64,000 nucleotides of DNA from Methanobacteriota archaeon (lineage in GTDB: Archaea > Halobacteriota > Bog-38 > Methanoflorentales > Methanoflorentaceae): assembly GCA_963720465.1 (NCBI GenBank), contig OY970393.1:1760001-1824000 (forward strand), written 5' to 3'. The notes under the pieces are model-generated. The model searched no databases. It had not been told where the DNA came from and worked only from the letters and a program-made list of their open reading frames with translations. Of this stretch, positions 50,118 through 61,450 are shown piece after piece. Position numbers and translations under genes: made by a program. Position 1 is the first letter of the stretch. Every line of letters begins with the position of its first letter.

Positions 50118-51092
50118 TTAAGTCTCACAAAAGGCTTTTACTTCGACTTCCTGCTCGAGGGCCAGCTCTTGGCGAAGCTCCTCGAGCGACGCGACGCGCT
50201 CTGCGAAGGCGTTATGGCGGTGAATGCTCTCCTCGTTGAGCTGCTTTATGGTGATAACGGAGTCATCAGGCAGGTATGGAAACGCTTCGACTACTTTGTG
50301 CGCCATGACTCGTACGCAGTCCTCCACGAATTTAGGGTTCTTGTGAGCGGTTTCAACGACCACAGCTTCGTCGGTTCGCTTGAGCAGCTCGTAAATCTTC
50401 GAGCTCATCGATTCTTCGACGATCTCGATTATCGTGTCGAGCGGCACCTCGTAGCCAGCGCCGACCTCTATGGCGATGGTTCCGCGCCCTCGCTGGTTGT
50501 GGGTTGCGAGCGGGATATCTCGAAGAAACGCCTCAATGTGTGCGGGCGCGACGTTGAGCTCCTTTAGGCGCATCTCTGCTTGCTCTCGTGTGTGCTCTTG
50601 AGCGCACGGACACGCGGTCATTCCGACGACCTCAGCCCCAATCATCCGCCGCGTCCTGTGCTGGTTGTCGTTGGTGCGATACGTCGTCGTTTCCGCGAAG
50701 ATGTTGGTAATCTCTTGGGTCGTGATGCCCGTGCTGGGGGTTTCGCGTTTTACCATGTATTCGCTTCGCATGCGCACTTCTGCGCGCGATGCATACTCGT
50801 GTCGATCGAGCAGCTTTTCGGCGACATCCCCACAAAACTGTTCTATTTCATAGACTGGCGCGTTCAGCGCATCTTCTAACGCTTCGTCCATCACCTCAAA
50901 GTTTCTGCTAAGGTTGGCGCCTTTGCGATTCGAGGGCAGATCAACGAACAAGTCAAATTCAGAGACTAATATTACTGGGCGTTTGTCACGCCGCGTAACC
51001 TTAATCAGTTTTTTGACGTTGGTCACACCGACCCGCGTGAGATTTATAGAGAATTCCGGGCGATTTGCTTGTACGTCAACTTGTGCATCCAT
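50118..51092 (-). CDS. mptA: GTP cyclohydrolase MptA
   Basis: [25 protein letters not shown] and ESIHRH. Confidence 0.95.
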   Translation of the reverse strand: MDAQVDVQANRPEFSINLTRVGVTNVKKLIKVTRRDKRPVILVSEFDLFVDLPSNRKGANLSRNFEVMDEALEDALNAPVYEIEQFCGDVAEKLLDRHEYASRAEVRMRSEYMVKRETPSTGITTQEITNIFAETTTYRTNDNQHRTRRMIGAEVVGMTACPCAQEHTREQAEMRLKELNVAPAHIEAFLRDIPLATHNQRGRGTIAIEVGAGYEVPLDTIIEIVEESMSSKIYELLKRTDEAVVVETAHKNPKFVEDCVRVMAHKVVEAFPYLPDDSVITIKQLNEESIHRHNAFAERVASLEELRQELALEQEVEVKAFCET

Positions 51093-51208
51093 TATGCTCT
51101 CCTTTCATTTACTATGCAATAATGCTTTTGACCAGCCTCTAAATAGTGGCCAGAACGGCGCGAACCGCCGTTCAACGCACGTGTGGCTCTTCTCTCTTTG
51201 ATACGCCT

Positions 51209-52399
51209 CTATGAGCCACTTTTCACAACCCCTAACTTGATCAGTGGCCTGATGAGCTTCAGCAAGCGAGGCGCCTTTGTACTCAACAGCAACTTGCGAA
51301 GAACGATCGACGGATGGTCCATATCACCGTACTTCGATATGATGTCCAACGTGCGCTCGTCGTCAAGAGCCCTTATCGTGTAGTTGAGATCATCGTCACT
51401 GAGCTTGTTAAATCCTTCACGGATGCGCAATCCCGTCTCGAGTTCGCGCCCGATCTCGGACCGCCACCGCGTGTCGTACGCCATCAGAGCATCCTTAGAA
51501 GTGTTCCCCTGTGCCGCTGCCTCGGCCGCCACGGTCCCTGCTATTTTGGCGCATAACGTCCCGGGATAGATCCCCCCGCCGCTTGTTGGTTTGACTTGGC
51601 CGGCGGCATCTCCAACGATCAAGGTGCCGGCCGCGACCGTGCAGGGTGGCGGCCCAAGCGGTATGCCCCCTACAGCGAAGTGTAGGAGCGAGGGCGCGGA
51701 GCGCGACGAAAGCCGTTTTATCAGCGGGCCGAGTCGGTCGAGTGACCGTTCAGTCGAGCAGAGTCCGATTCTTACTGTGTCCCATCGCGTCGGTATTGCC
51801 CAGGCAAAAAAGCCAGGCGCTACTTCCTGCCCCAAGTACAGGTCGACGAAACCGGAAAGCGCTACGTCGGCGTAGACTTCCGCTTGCGCACACGTGAACA
51901 CCGTTTGCACTCGTTCTAATCCTACAAGCCTCCCCACGGCGCTTTGCAGTCCGTCGGCTCCGATCACCACGCGAGTCCGTATTTCCATCGGTTCGCCCTG
52001 ACTGAGTGTGGCGATGATGACGTCGCCTCCATGACGTCGCAAACTGCTGAATCGCGTTTTGACAAGCGAGGCAACCCCCGATTTGAGTGCCTCCAAGGCC
52101 ATCGCTCGATCAAGCTCTCCTCGGTCGACGACGTAGGCCATCGTTCGCTTGCCGTCGACCGTCAGGACACGCCCGTCTGGGGCGTGGATATTAGCGCCGC
52201 GGATGGCGTGCCTGTTGAGCGTTTCGGGCACTTCGCACCCTTCAAACGCGCGCGTGCTGATTAGTCCCGCACACTGTACCGGTTGGCCTATGGTCGCGTG
52301 CTCTTCGATCATAAGCACGCGGGCACCAGCTTTTGCGGCGTACTTTGCAGCCATTGAGCCTGCGGGACCTGCGCCGACCACGACGACATCGTATTCCAT
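51209..52399 (-). CDS. Geranylgeranyl reductase family flavoprotein
   Basis: GAGPAG, PVQCAG, PGFFAWAIP and GDAAGQVKPTSGGG. Confidence 0.9.
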   Translation of the reverse strand: MEYDVVVVGAGPAGSMAAKYAAKAGARVLMIEEHATIGQPVQCAGLISTRAFEGCEVPETLNRHAIRGANIHAPDGRVLTVDGKRTMAYVVDRGELDRAMALEALKSGVASLVKTRFSSLRRHGGDVIIATLSQGEPMEIRTRVVIGADGLQSAVGRLVGLERVQTVFTCAQAEVYADVALSGFVDLYLGQEVAPGFFAWAIPTRWDTVRIGLCSTERSLDRLGPLIKRLSSRSAPSLLHFAVGGIPLGPPPCTVAAGTLIVGDAAGQVKPTSGGGIYPGTLCAKIAGTVAAEAAAQGNTSKDALMAYDTRWRSEIGRELETGLRIREGFNKLSDDDLNYTIRALDDERTLDIISKYGDMDHPSIVLRKLLLSTKAPRLLKLIRPLIKLGVVKSGS

Positions 52400-52498
52400 G
52401 TTCGTAAGCGCTTACGAGTTTACTATTTATATACTAAACCAGTATTAGGCTCTCGTGTCAGAACGCACACGCGAATCGATCGCGTGAGGGAAGCACGC

Positions 52499-52843
52499 AT
52501 GGAGTATAAGCAGTGCCTCATTATCAGATCAGACCTCCGCTTGACCGCGGGAAAAGCGGCTGTTCAGCTCGCCCACGCTGCCGTCTCCGCGTATGAGCGC
52601 TCGGATCCGGCCACAAAGCGTCGCTGGTTTAGTGAGGGGCAGAAAAAGGTCGCGCTCAAGGTTGCGACGCTTAGGGACATGTATGAGCTTAAGTCAATAG
52701 CTGAGGCGCGCGGCTTCATCACGGCACTCGTCGTCGACGCAGGGCTCACCGAAGTGCCGCCCGGAACCGTTACCGCCCTGGGTATTGGCCCGGCGAAGGA
52801 GGCGGAGCTAGATAAGGTGACGAGCGACCTTAAACTGCTCTAG
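52499..52843 (+). CDS. pth2: Peptidyl-tRNA hydrolase Pth2
   Basis: YKQ..I.R.DL, GK...Q.AH, GQKK and DAGLTEV. Confidence 0.95.
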   Translation: MEYKQCLIIRSDLRLTAGKAAVQLAHAAVSAYERSDPATKRRWFSEGQKKVALKVATLRDMYELKSIAEARGFITALVVDAGLTEVPPGTVTALGIGPAKEAELDKVTSDLKLL

Positions 52844-52855
52844 CGGGCCAAGACG

Positions 52856-54151
52856 ATGACCGACGCCAAAGCAGTTCCAGAAAGCGACGTGACCGTAGGA
52901 ATGACGGTGTACCTGACGGCTTCTCGCGGCATCGGTGGGCGCATCCGTCAGCACGCTGAAGACTTTGTGGTCAATGAGGTCTACGCAGACCGCTTCACTT
53001 CGGAGGGCCGCTACCAGTTAATTAAAGTGACCAAGACGGACACAGAGACGCACTACATGGCACGTGAGCTCTCGCGGCGCTTGCACATAAGCCAGAGAAG
53101 GGTAAGCTGGGCAGGAACGAAGGATAAGCGCGCGGTGACGACGCAACGTATGAGCCTCGATTCGATTCTGCTTGCCGAGCCGCTCAGCTTTGGAACCGTC
53201 GTCGCTGAGCCCATAGGGCGATCAGACAGGCCGATCTCCCTGGGCGACCTCGACGGTAACGATTTTGTTATTACGGTCAGAGCCGTTCACGGGCATCAAA
53301 ATGACGTCGCCAGCGCTGTGGCGGGCGTCGTCGAGGAAACGTGCAATGCTCGCGGGCTTCCTAACTTCTTTGGCATTCAGCGCTTTGGATCAATCCGCCC
53401 CGTCAATCACGTCGTAGGCCGCGCGCTTGTTGATGGGGACCTTGAGCGGGCAGTGATGACGTACATCGCTCAACCGTTCCCCGATGAGCCTGACGACGTC
53501 AAAGCGGTGCGGCAATCGGTTGCGGAAACGTATGATTTCAAAGAGGCGCTCAAGCACATGCCTGTGCGGCTGCGCTATGAACGCGCGATGCTTAACCACC
53601 TTGCGAAATATCCTAATGACTTCGACGGCGCCCTTGGCATGCTCTCTACGAATCTGCAGAAACTTTTCGTTCACGCGTTCCAGTCGTATCTCTTCAATCA
53701 GATGCTGAGCAGTCGACTTGAGCGGGGGTTCCCGCTTGGGGTCGGATTTGACGGTGACCGTGTGTGGGCGCCAGACAGGGAGCGCGTCAGAACAGTCGTT
53801 CCTAAGAACGTGCACGAGGTGAACCAGAGCCTGGCCGCAGGAACCGCCTCTGTTCAAATGCCGGTTCCGGGGTACGACACCGAGCTGTCAGACGGAGTCA
53901 TCGGTCAGATCGAGCGAGACGTTATTGCCTCTGCAGGCGTTGATCTTGACGCCTTCACTATCGAGAGCTGTCCGCGACTGGCATCTAAGGGCGTGATGCG
54001 TAACGTCCTCTTGCATGCAGATATCCGGTTTGACGTCGCCCCCGATGAGCTTGCGGAAGATCGGATGAAAGTCGAACTGAGATTCTTTCTCCCTAAAGGA
54101 GGCTATGCGACGACTGTGCTGCGCGAAGTCATGAAAACGAGGTTGGTTTGA
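52856..54151 (+). CDS. truD: tRNA pseudouridine(13) synthase
   Basis: EDF.V.E, AGTKDKRAVT, PNFFG.QRFG and YATTVLRE. Confidence 0.95.
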   Translation: MTDAKAVPESDVTVGMTVYLTASRGIGGRIRQHAEDFVVNEVYADRFTSEGRYQLIKVTKTDTETHYMARELSRRLHISQRRVSWAGTKDKRAVTTQRMSLDSILLAEPLSFGTVVAEPIGRSDRPISLGDLDGNDFVITVRAVHGHQNDVASAVAGVVEETCNARGLPNFFGIQRFGSIRPVNHVVGRALVDGDLERAVMTYIAQPFPDEPDDVKAVRQSVAETYDFKEALKHMPVRLRYERAMLNHLAKYPNDFDGALGMLSTNLQKLFVHAFQSYLFNQMLSSRLERGFPLGVGFDGDRVWAPDRERVRTVVPKNVHEVNQSLAAGTASVQMPVPGYDTELSDGVIGQIERDVIASAGVDLDAFTIESCPRLASKGVMRNVLLHADIRFDVAPDELAEDRMKVELRFFLPKGGYATTVLREVMKTRLV

Positions 54152-54702
54152 TGCGCGTACGAACGCGTCTACTCATCGTAGTTTTGTGCGGCGTCGTCGC
54201 AGTGAGCATGCTGTCAGGGTGCGTTATGACGCAACCTGGCACGCCGACCAACACGAACTCGGTGACGACTGCAGCGCCAGGCAGCGCGGTCACAAACAGC
54301 AGCTCAGCGGCTAAAGCGTTGAAAGCACCGACCACCTACCGCGTAACGATAGGAAGCACAACAGTTTACGCAGAGGCGGCCGATACGTTTGCAGAGCGCG
54401 AAATGGGTCTTATGAATCGCACCTATTTGAATGAAGATGCCGGCATGCTGTTCATCTTCCCAACGCAACAACAGCAGAGTTTTTGGATGAAGAACATGCG
54501 CATCCCGCTCGATATCGTGTTTATCACGGCAGACAAGCGCGTGCTCGAGATTTACGCATCGGTGCCGCCGTGCACCAGCGATCCGTGTACGCTTTACACG
54601 TCTAGCGCGCCGATACAATACGTACTTGAAGTAAACTCAGGCTTTTGTGCTCGAAACGGGATCGTAAGCGGCGATCAGGTCATCATCGCTGCCGGGAGCT
54701 GA
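54151..54702 (+). CDS. DUF192 lipoprotein
   Basis: LSGC lipobox, R..GLM.R, GMLF, FWMKN and VLEVNSG. Confidence 0.9.
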   Translation: MRVRTRLLIVVLCGVVAVSMLSGCVMTQPGTPTNTNSVTTAAPGSAVTNSSSAAKALKAPTTYRVTIGSTTVYAEAADTFAEREMGLMNRTYLNEDAGMLFIFPTQQQQSFWMKNMRIPLDIVFITADKRVLEIYASVPPCTSDPCTLYTSSAPIQYVLEVNSGFCARNGIVSGDQVIIAAGS

Positions 54703-55621
54703 GGGGTAGTTTGTAACGGTTGTCGATCGAGGTGCACTCTTCGCGAATCGGACAGAGGAAGCACGCAGGGGCAGTCGCATGACAAAACTCAAATCCATGT
54801 TGGATCAGAAGAAGGTGACTCCTGCCGGGGTGAGCGAGGTCGTGTTCGAGTGCCTCTTTGGCCAAGGCTTTTGACCTGTTGCTTCCACGAATCTCCTCCA
54901 CGTTAACGTCGAGACCACGCCGTATCGCGCCGCGTTCGATGAACCCGAGTCTTCGGGCAACCCGTTCGATGTGGGTGTCTACGGGAACGATTTCGTGTCC
55001 CGCGGCGTAGAGCAAGACACAATCAGCAGTTTTTGGGCCAACGCCGGGCAGAGAAAGCAGTACCTCTCGCGCAAGGCCCGGTTCATCATACACCCACGAC
55101 ATGTCCCCGTTCCACCGCTGCATAAGCTTGCGCGCGATGGAAATGAGGTAACCCGCCTTTCGGTGAGGCCCACATCGCTGCAGGGCGGGCACAAGCTCGT
55201 GCGGATGTGCCTCGCACAAGGTCTGAGGCGTGATCGATCCGAACCGTCTGGAAAGTTCGCAGAAGGCCGACCGTGCGCGCTCCGCGGTCTTATTCTGGGT
55301 GAGTAAGGTGAGCGTCAGGCACCTGAAGGGGTCCTGCCCGTTCATGAAGTATAATCCTGCAAAGACGTCTCTAAGCTTACGTATGCAGGGGTCGTGGCTT
55401 TTTAGTTGAAGAAGCGGCGTCCAATGCATGTCGTTAGGATGCACGCCCCCCATATCGAGGTCGGAGGCCAAAGGGCCTTTGAATGCGTGCGGACAGATCG
55501 TCTGCGTGACACCGTCAACGCGTCTCCGATAGCCGCTTGAGTTATTCACCCACTCTAGAGCGGGAATCTGAATAGTCATGGTGCGTGCAAGGTCGATGGG
55601 TGGGGTCATCGTAAATCGCAT
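54683..55621 (-). CDS. HhH-GPD DNA glycosylase (endonuclease III family)
   Basis: LPGVGPKTAD, PVDTH and C......C..C.....C. Confidence 0.88.
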   Translation of the reverse strand: MRFTMTPPIDLARTMTIQIPALEWVNNSSGYRRRVDGVTQTICPHAFKGPLASDLDMGGVHPNDMHWTPLLQLKSHDPCIRKLRDVFAGLYFMNGQDPFRCLTLTLLTQNKTAERARSAFCELSRRFGSITPQTLCEAHPHELVPALQRCGPHRKAGYLISIARKLMQRWNGDMSWVYDEPGLAREVLLSLPGVGPKTADCVLLYAAGHEIVPVDTHIERVARRLGFIERGAIRRGLDVNVEEIRGSNRSKALAKEALEHDLAHPGRSHLLLIQHGFEFCHATAPACFLCPIREECTSIDNRYKLPLSSRQR

Positions 55622-55971
55622 CTTAGACACCTCGGGGCCGCAAGTGAGTTTGCGCAGAGTTGGTCATGAAAATACATGGGTATATAGCATCTGCAAATCA
55701 TCTCAGTCGAAGCAGACGGTCCGGCGACGTGGCACGGAACCAAAAAACGCCCGTCGCCTTATCAGAGGGCAATGCGGCGTGCTGAACGGCACCAAACGGC
55801 AGGGATTCAGTGAATAGGTCGCTTGCACGCGGCGGATGCTTCATTTGCGCGCGGGGGGGCATAACTGTACACCCAAGCACGGCGTTCATGGTGCAATCAG
55901 CCGTCCTCAGACGTAATACTAAACTTTATCATACCGGACGCTTCAATACGCGACTGGAGGGCTAATCGGTA

Positions 55972-56925
55972 CTGGCTCAAGATCCCGCGTGGCGAGTGTT
56001 CGCCTATGAGCTTAACAAGTCGACGCTTCAGGTGAAAGAAGATGATGAGAGCGGTCCCTCTTATGTCATCTCCCCCACAGGTGCCAAGATCAACCGCATT
56101 TTTGTAGTTGGCGTACTCACCGAAGTGGAAAACGTTCGTTCGAGTGAAGACCTCTGGCGCGCACGCGTAGCCGACCCCACTGGGACCTTCACTGTGTATG
56201 CGGGGAAATATCAGCCTGAGGCAGCGGCGTTTCTTGCTCAGGCCGAGGTACCCCAGTTTGTCGCCGTCCTTGGAAGAGCGCGCCTCTATACTCGTGAGGA
56301 GACCTCATACGTGTCTATATGGTCGAAGGAAATCAATCCAACGACGGAAACGGCCCGCAACAGTTGGGTTATCACAACTGCCGAGCGAACGCTTGATAGA
56401 GTTGAGGCCCTTAAGATCGCCTTGAGCGCGGGATTACAGAGCAATACGCTGAGCACGAAGCTTCTCGAAAGCGACGTTAATGCCGAGCTCGCAGATGGAA
56501 TCACCCGTGCCGTGCTCTCATACAACGAATCGGACGTAATCGCTGATATCGTTCCAGTGATCGCATCGGCCATCGAGGCCGTTGTCGAAGCGCGCGAGTT
56601 CACGCCGGCAAACGTCGATCCGCAACGCGCCCGCGCGACGGACGACGCAGTAATCAGCGAAAGTGAGCAAGGGCACGAGCAAACAGACGAGGCGGCCACG
56701 ACACAGGAAGACTCCGTAGCGACGGCGGCGCTTGCGAAGAACAAGGAACACGTGCTGTTCAAGATGAACGAGCTTGATGCCGGTTCAGGCGTCCCGTACG
56801 ACCGTCTGATCGAGAGGCTTGAAGCACAAGGTCTTGACGAAGATGACGTCGAAGAAGCCGTGCAAGAACTGATGGAAGAAGGGAAGTGTTACGAGCCGAA
56901 AATCGGTATTCTCAAGTTAATTTGA
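55972..56925 (+). CDS. RPA-family OB-fold protein with C-terminal winged helix (proposed CTG start)
   Basis: AWRVFAYE, SPTGAKINR, DPTG.F.VYAG.YQP and G.CYEP. Confidence 0.85.
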   Translation: MAQDPAWRVFAYELNKSTLQVKEDDESGPSYVISPTGAKINRIFVVGVLTEVENVRSSEDLWRARVADPTGTFTVYAGKYQPEAAAFLAQAEVPQFVAVLGRARLYTREETSYVSIWSKEINPTTETARNSWVITTAERTLDRVEALKIALSAGLQSNTLSTKLLESDVNAELADGITRAVLSYNESDVIADIVPVIASAIEAVVEAREFTPANVDPQRARATDDAVISESEQGHEQTDEAATTQEDSVATAALAKNKEHVLFKMNELDAGSGVPYDRLIERLEAQGLDEDDVEEAVQELMEEGKCYEPKIGILKLI

Positions 56926-57138
56926 CCTTCTAAGCGGACGAGCCGCGACAAGTTCTTTCATAAATAGCCTTTGTCCGATGGCAGACAGCAGCTCGTCTCT
57001 CTCGTTGGAGTCGTTTTTCGATAAATAGTCAGGGCTCTAGATGCGGGTTGGTTTTGAAAAACGCGTGCCGTGAACAGATCCATAGCACGCCAATGTGTAA
57101 GCTCGTCCGCGTCGCTTGCGACTATCCCTTTAATGACA

Positions 57139-57477
57139 TCAGTAGCGCTGCCACTTTTCGGTTTGACGCCTCTCAGGGATGTGTTCGGGGACTGTTTTTA
57201 GCCCCGTGGCGCACGCTTCACTCACATACAAGCCACAATAACACGCGCCGTATTCGGCAACATCTGGGTCACAGTAAACGCAGGGGCATATGATGTCCTT
57301 GTCCCACTCCTTGTCGTTTGCAGCCATTCGACAAGGACAAGAGTGGTACCCATACCGCTCCTTGTTCGTCAGTATTCCATCAACAAGGGCATTCACAATG
57401 TCCTTGTTGGGGTTTAGGTAGCGTCCCTTGCGTGGCGCGGCCGTGGTTATCGCTGCGAGGTATTGTTCGCGATCCAT
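57139..57477 (-). CDS. Ferredoxin:thioredoxin reductase catalytic subunit
   Basis: CPC, CPC and CYC motifs; GAGGTGA SD. Confidence 0.9.
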   Translation of the reverse strand: MDREQYLAAITTAAPRKGRYLNPNKDIVNALVDGILTNKERYGYHSCPCRMAANDKEWDKDIICPCVYCDPDVAEYGACYCGLYVSEACATGLKTVPEHIPERRQTEKWQRY

Positions 57478-57633
57478 ACACGTTCTTATCACCTCTCTCA
57501 TTCTTTAATCTTGCTTTGGAACGTTTTCCCTGACGTCGGTCAGCGATGCTAACTAAAGAAGCCGATTGTGCGGGACGTCGCGCCGGAAAAGTCGAGAAGC
57601 GTAGCCGGAGCTCTGCTCGCACGTCTTGGCGAG

Positions 57634-58539
57634 TTAGACAAACTTTTTGAACATCATTGCGTGGAGTTGACTGATGCCGAGATGCTTGGATATAAGTGCA
57701 ATATCGTTTCCTGTGACCGCCCGGGCCTTAGAGGGCGGCAGCGCCTTTGCTCTGCGTGCGTAGATCGTGCCTCCTCGTTTGTTGGCCCCCAGATAGCCCT
57801 GAGGCGTGCCTCCTATCAGGAGAACGCCCGATTTCATGTCGATTCCGGCGAACGCATCTGTGTCCCCGTGTATAATCACCGTCCCCCCATTAAGAAGAGC
57901 TCCTGAGTTCATGCCTGCGGTGCCAGTCACGATCACTGTCCCAAGCCGCATGAGAATGCCGGTGCTCAAGTCAACGTCTCCTTCAACGCAAATTCGTGCG
58001 TCACACGCGCAGCGTGCGCCAACGGTGTCTCGCACAAGTGCATCGGACACGGTGAGCTGTTTGCCCGATAGAACGTTAGGGGGTACAAGCGTATCGCCAC
58101 GGAGGCCGTTGCACACTACATCGGTGATCGATCGATACTTCCGGTACCCGCTCCGATCAGACACGACCTCAATGACGTTGCCGATCGGTACCTTTACGGC
58201 CCCAGCCACGTACACCACTCCAGCGGTCATACTGATTCCCATGCGCGTGTCAACGTCGCCATCGACAATCACGTCTCCCACCCGGATGGTGCCGCCAGCG
58301 CCCGAGAAGAAGTGCAAGTCGACGCCGAAGCTTGAACACAACCGATGTCCGACGTCTCCGCTGACGTAGACATCATCACCACGTTTTAGCGCCTCAACGA
58401 CGTCGCGATAGGTGTATCCGCTCCCTTCTTGGTGCGGGATCCGGTCGCTGGGCTTCAGCATCGAGCCTCGATGCTGCCAATAAAAGTTGTATGTGAAATC
58501 TGCTATGCAATCGACGGGTGCGCTTAACTCGAGCTCCAT
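57634..58539 (-). CDS. GltB/FwdC-like GXGXG beta-helix protein
   Basis: Repeated G.V.V.G..G...G..M..G units. Confidence 0.8.
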   Translation of the reverse strand: MELELSAPVDCIADFTYNFYWQHRGSMLKPSDRIPHQEGSGYTYRDVVEALKRGDDVYVSGDVGHRLCSSFGVDLHFFSGAGGTIRVGDVIVDGDVDTRMGISMTAGVVYVAGAVKVPIGNVIEVVSDRSGYRKYRSITDVVCNGLRGDTLVPPNVLSGKQLTVSDALVRDTVGARCACDARICVEGDVDLSTGILMRLGTVIVTGTAGMNSGALLNGGTVIIHGDTDAFAGIDMKSGVLLIGGTPQGYLGANKRGGTIYARRAKALPPSKARAVTGNDIALISKHLGISQLHAMMFKKFV

Positions 58540-58570
58540 TACAAAGCCATGGTGTGCGCGTCAGAAAACG

Positions 58571-59038
58571 CTATCGAAAAGGCCTGCGTTCGACGGTTAG
58601 CGAGTCGCCCCCGCGAAGTACGACGTGTCCTTCGACCGAGCTAACTTCGAGTCCGTTCAGTCCTAGAGAGCCGCAAAGTACGTCCTGTTCAGGATGCGTC
58701 CCTTTTTGGATATCACAGCGCAAGACCGTGCGCTTTCCTACCGATGCCACGACCTTGAGCCGCGCTGATGCGGGATGATGTTTGGGAAGTACGATGAGGG
58801 GTGAACCAGAGTCCCGGATGAGAGCGAGGGTGCAAATAATTGCGTTAGTAGTCGTACGATCGTTGCTGAAACCCGATGCGACGAGAAGATCTTCGGGGTC
58901 AACGGTCATTACGATCTCGTCGTCTACCGTCTCGATGAAGAGCTGCCGGGCGGCTCCTGACTTCACGACGCCGATCACACCGTCAGCACTGCGCACAAAC
59001 AAGATTTCGTTGGCGTCGAGCGATATGCGCTGTTCCAT
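58571..59038 (-). CDS. Hypothetical protein
   Basis: 155-aa ORF in the same-strand cluster; GTHPEQ..LC. Confidence 0.7.
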   Translation of the reverse strand: MEQRISLDANEILFVRSADGVIGVVKSGAARQLFIETVDDEIVMTVDPEDLLVASGFSNDRTTTNAIICTLALIRDSGSPLIVLPKHHPASARLKVVASVGKRTVLRCDIQKGTHPEQDVLCGSLGLNGLEVSSVEGHVVLRGGDSLTVERRPFR

Positions 59039-59109
59039 GCTGGCGCTCTTGATAGTCTAAAACCACTAGTAAGAAAAGGGACTCACGAAAGGCTTCGCAG
59101 TGCTAGGTG

Positions 59110-59268
59110 CTACGCTTGAAGCTCTGTTATGTCTTCCGATTGGCAGGATGGGCACATCGGGTTCTTGCCTATGCCCTTGAACTTCGACCCGCACTCCTTG
59201 CAAGCGTATTGTTTCGCTTCGAGTCGTTTTATGTCTTCGTTTCCAAACGGGCCACCGACCGTACACAT
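59110..59268 (-). CDS. Small zinc-ribbon protein (52 aa), absent from the ORF track
   Basis: AAGGAG SD; MCTVGGPFGNEDIKRLEAKQYACKECGSKFKGIGKNPMCPSCQSEDITELQA. Confidence 0.8.
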   Translation of the reverse strand: MCTVGGPFGNEDIKRLEAKQYACKECGSKFKGIGKNPMCPSCQSEDITELQA

Positions 59269-59482
59269 GGTGAACTCTCCTTAGTACAAGTATGCTCTTG
59301 AGTGCGTATAAGGGTTTCCTTCGGATGCCGAACTAGTTTCATTTGCTTTAAGACAAGGTTATATGCGGTCAGAGGGAAAAAACATGGTAGCGCCGCTAGC
59401 TTGGAGTATCCCTCTGTCGTCCAATATAGCTTGTAAATAATAATTTAGTTTATATTAAATTAAGTCCACATCCAGTACGATA

Positions 59483-61450
59483 ATGTCTCAACCCAGGTTC
59501 ACCCTAAGTTCATCGTTCAAGCCGACCGGAGATCAGCCTAAGGCAATCGCGGAGCTCGTCAACGGTATTAACGGAGGAGAGAAGCACCAGACGCTCCTCG
59601 GCGTCACGGGCTCAGGAAAGACGTTCACAGTCGCGAACGTGATTGCGCACGTGCAAAAGCCCACACTCGTCATCGCGCACAACAAGACGTTAGCCGCACA
59701 GCTCTATAAGGAGTTCAGGGAGTTCTTCCCGCAAAACGCGGTTGAGTACTTCGTGAGCTACTACGATTATTATCGCCCTGAGGCATACATCCCGCACACC
59801 GACGTCTACGTGGCAAAGGAGTCATCCATTAACGACGAGATTGACCGGCTCCGGCATTCGGCTACCAAGTCGCTGCTGACGCGGCGTGACACCATTGTCG
59901 TTGCAAGCGTTTCGTGCATATTCGGCATCGGCTCTCCTGACGACTACCAGGAGTCTGTGCTCTCATTGCAGGTGGGCGAGACCGTCAAACGGAGCGAGAT
60001 TTTGCGCAAGCTCACCTCCATGCAGTATGAGCGTAACGACATTGACTTCTTCCGCGGGAAGTTTCGCGTGCGAGGCGACACCGTTGAGGTGTTTCCCGCT
60101 TACGGAAACACCGCATATCGCGTCGCGCTCTGGGGCGATAAGATCGAGGGACTCTACGAGTTTAATCCTGTCAACGGAAGAAAGACGGCAGCGTTTGATT
60201 TTCTCCCCATCTACCCGGCGACGCACTTCATCACCAACCGCGCGAGGTACACCGAGGCATTACACTCGATAAAGCGTGAGCTCACTGAGCGTTTGGAGTA
60301 CTTGCGCGGCCAGGACAAGTTGCTTGAGGCCCAACGCCTTGAGCAGCGCACAAAATACGACCTTGAGATGTTGCGTGAGGTTGGATATTGCAGCGGAATC
60401 GAGAATTATAGCCGTCACCTCAGCGGGCGCGCTTCTGGGGAGGCGCCCACGACACTCATCGATTATTTCCCAGACGACTTCCTCCTCGTCATTGATGAGT
60501 CACACGTGACGATCCCCCAGCTAGTCGGCATGTACGCGGGGGACCGCTCCCGGAAAGACAACCTCGTAGAGCACGGATTCCGTCTCCCTTCAGCGTACGA
60601 CAATCGTCCGCTCACCTTCGGCGAGTTTGAGAACCGAGTTCACCAGGTTATCTACGTATCGGCCACTCCTGGACCGTATGAACTGGCGAAATGCGAGTAC
60701 GCAGTCGAGCAGATTATTCGTCCTACGGGCTTGGTCGACCCGGCCGTGGATGTTCGCCCCGCTGAGAAGCAAGTCGACGATCTGATCGCAGAAATTCGAA
60801 AGCGACCGAGCGAGCGCGTGTTGGTGACGACATTGACGAAGAGGATGGCTGAGGATCTTTCCGAGCACCTTCACGAGATCGGAATCAAGGTGCAGTACCT
60901 TCACTCAGACATAAGCACACTTGATCGGGTCGACATCCTGTACGACTTACGACGCGGCGCGTTCGACGTCCTTGTCGGTATTAACCTCCTTCGAGAGGGC
61001 ATCGACCTTCCCGAGGTCACCCTCATGGCCATACTCGATGCGGACAAAGAGGGCTTTCTGCGCTCTGAACGGTCGCTCATTCAGACAATCGGCCGAGTCG
61101 CTCGAAACGTCAACGGGAGCGTTATCATGTACGCAGACGTTACCACCGACTCAATGAGGCGTGCGATAGGGGAGAACAACCGTCGGCGTGCGCTACAGCT
61201 CGCGCACAACGAGCGGCACGGGATCACCCCGCAGACTATCGTCAAGCCGATCGAGGAGCTTGTCGAGCGTCGTCGGCCGGGGCTGGTAGCCGATGAAGAA
61301 CCCCCTACACCCATCGTCCCAGAGGAACTCGAAGAGACGATCGCAGGATTGCAAGCAGAGATGCAGCGAGCGTCGCGCGGACTTGAGTTCGAGCGGGCAG
61401 CGCTCATTCGCGACATGATTCGATCACTCGAGGGGGGGGGCGTAGCGTGA
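59483..61450 (+). CDS. uvrB: Excinuclease ABC subunit B
   Basis: [27 protein letters not shown] and C-terminal UVR domain. Confidence 0.97.
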   Translation: MSQPRFTLSSSFKPTGDQPKAIAELVNGINGGEKHQTLLGVTGSGKTFTVANVIAHVQKPTLVIAHNKTLAAQLYKEFREFFPQNAVEYFVSYYDYYRPEAYIPHTDVYVAKESSINDEIDRLRHSATKSLLTRRDTIVVASVSCIFGIGSPDDYQESVLSLQVGETVKRSEILRKLTSMQYERNDIDFFRGKFRVRGDTVEVFPAYGNTAYRVALWGDKIEGLYEFNPVNGRKTAAFDFLPIYPATHFITNRARYTEALHSIKRELTERLEYLRGQDKLLEAQRLEQRTKYDLEMLREVGYCSGIENYSRHLSGRASGEAPTTLIDYFPDDFLLVIDESHVTIPQLVGMYAGDRSRKDNLVEHGFRLPSAYDNRPLTFGEFENRVHQVIYVSATPGPYELAKCEYAVEQIIRPTGLVDPAVDVRPAEKQVDDLIAEIRKRPSERVLVTTLTKRMAEDLSEHLHEIGIKVQYLHSDISTLDRVDILYDLRRGAFDVLVGINLLREGIDLPEVTLMAILDADKEGFLRSERSLIQTIGRVARNVNGSVIMYADVTTDSMRRAIGENNRRRALQLAHNERHGITPQTIVKPIEELVERRRPGLVADEEPPTPIVPEELEETIAGLQAEMQRASRGLEFERAALIRDMIRSLEGGGVA

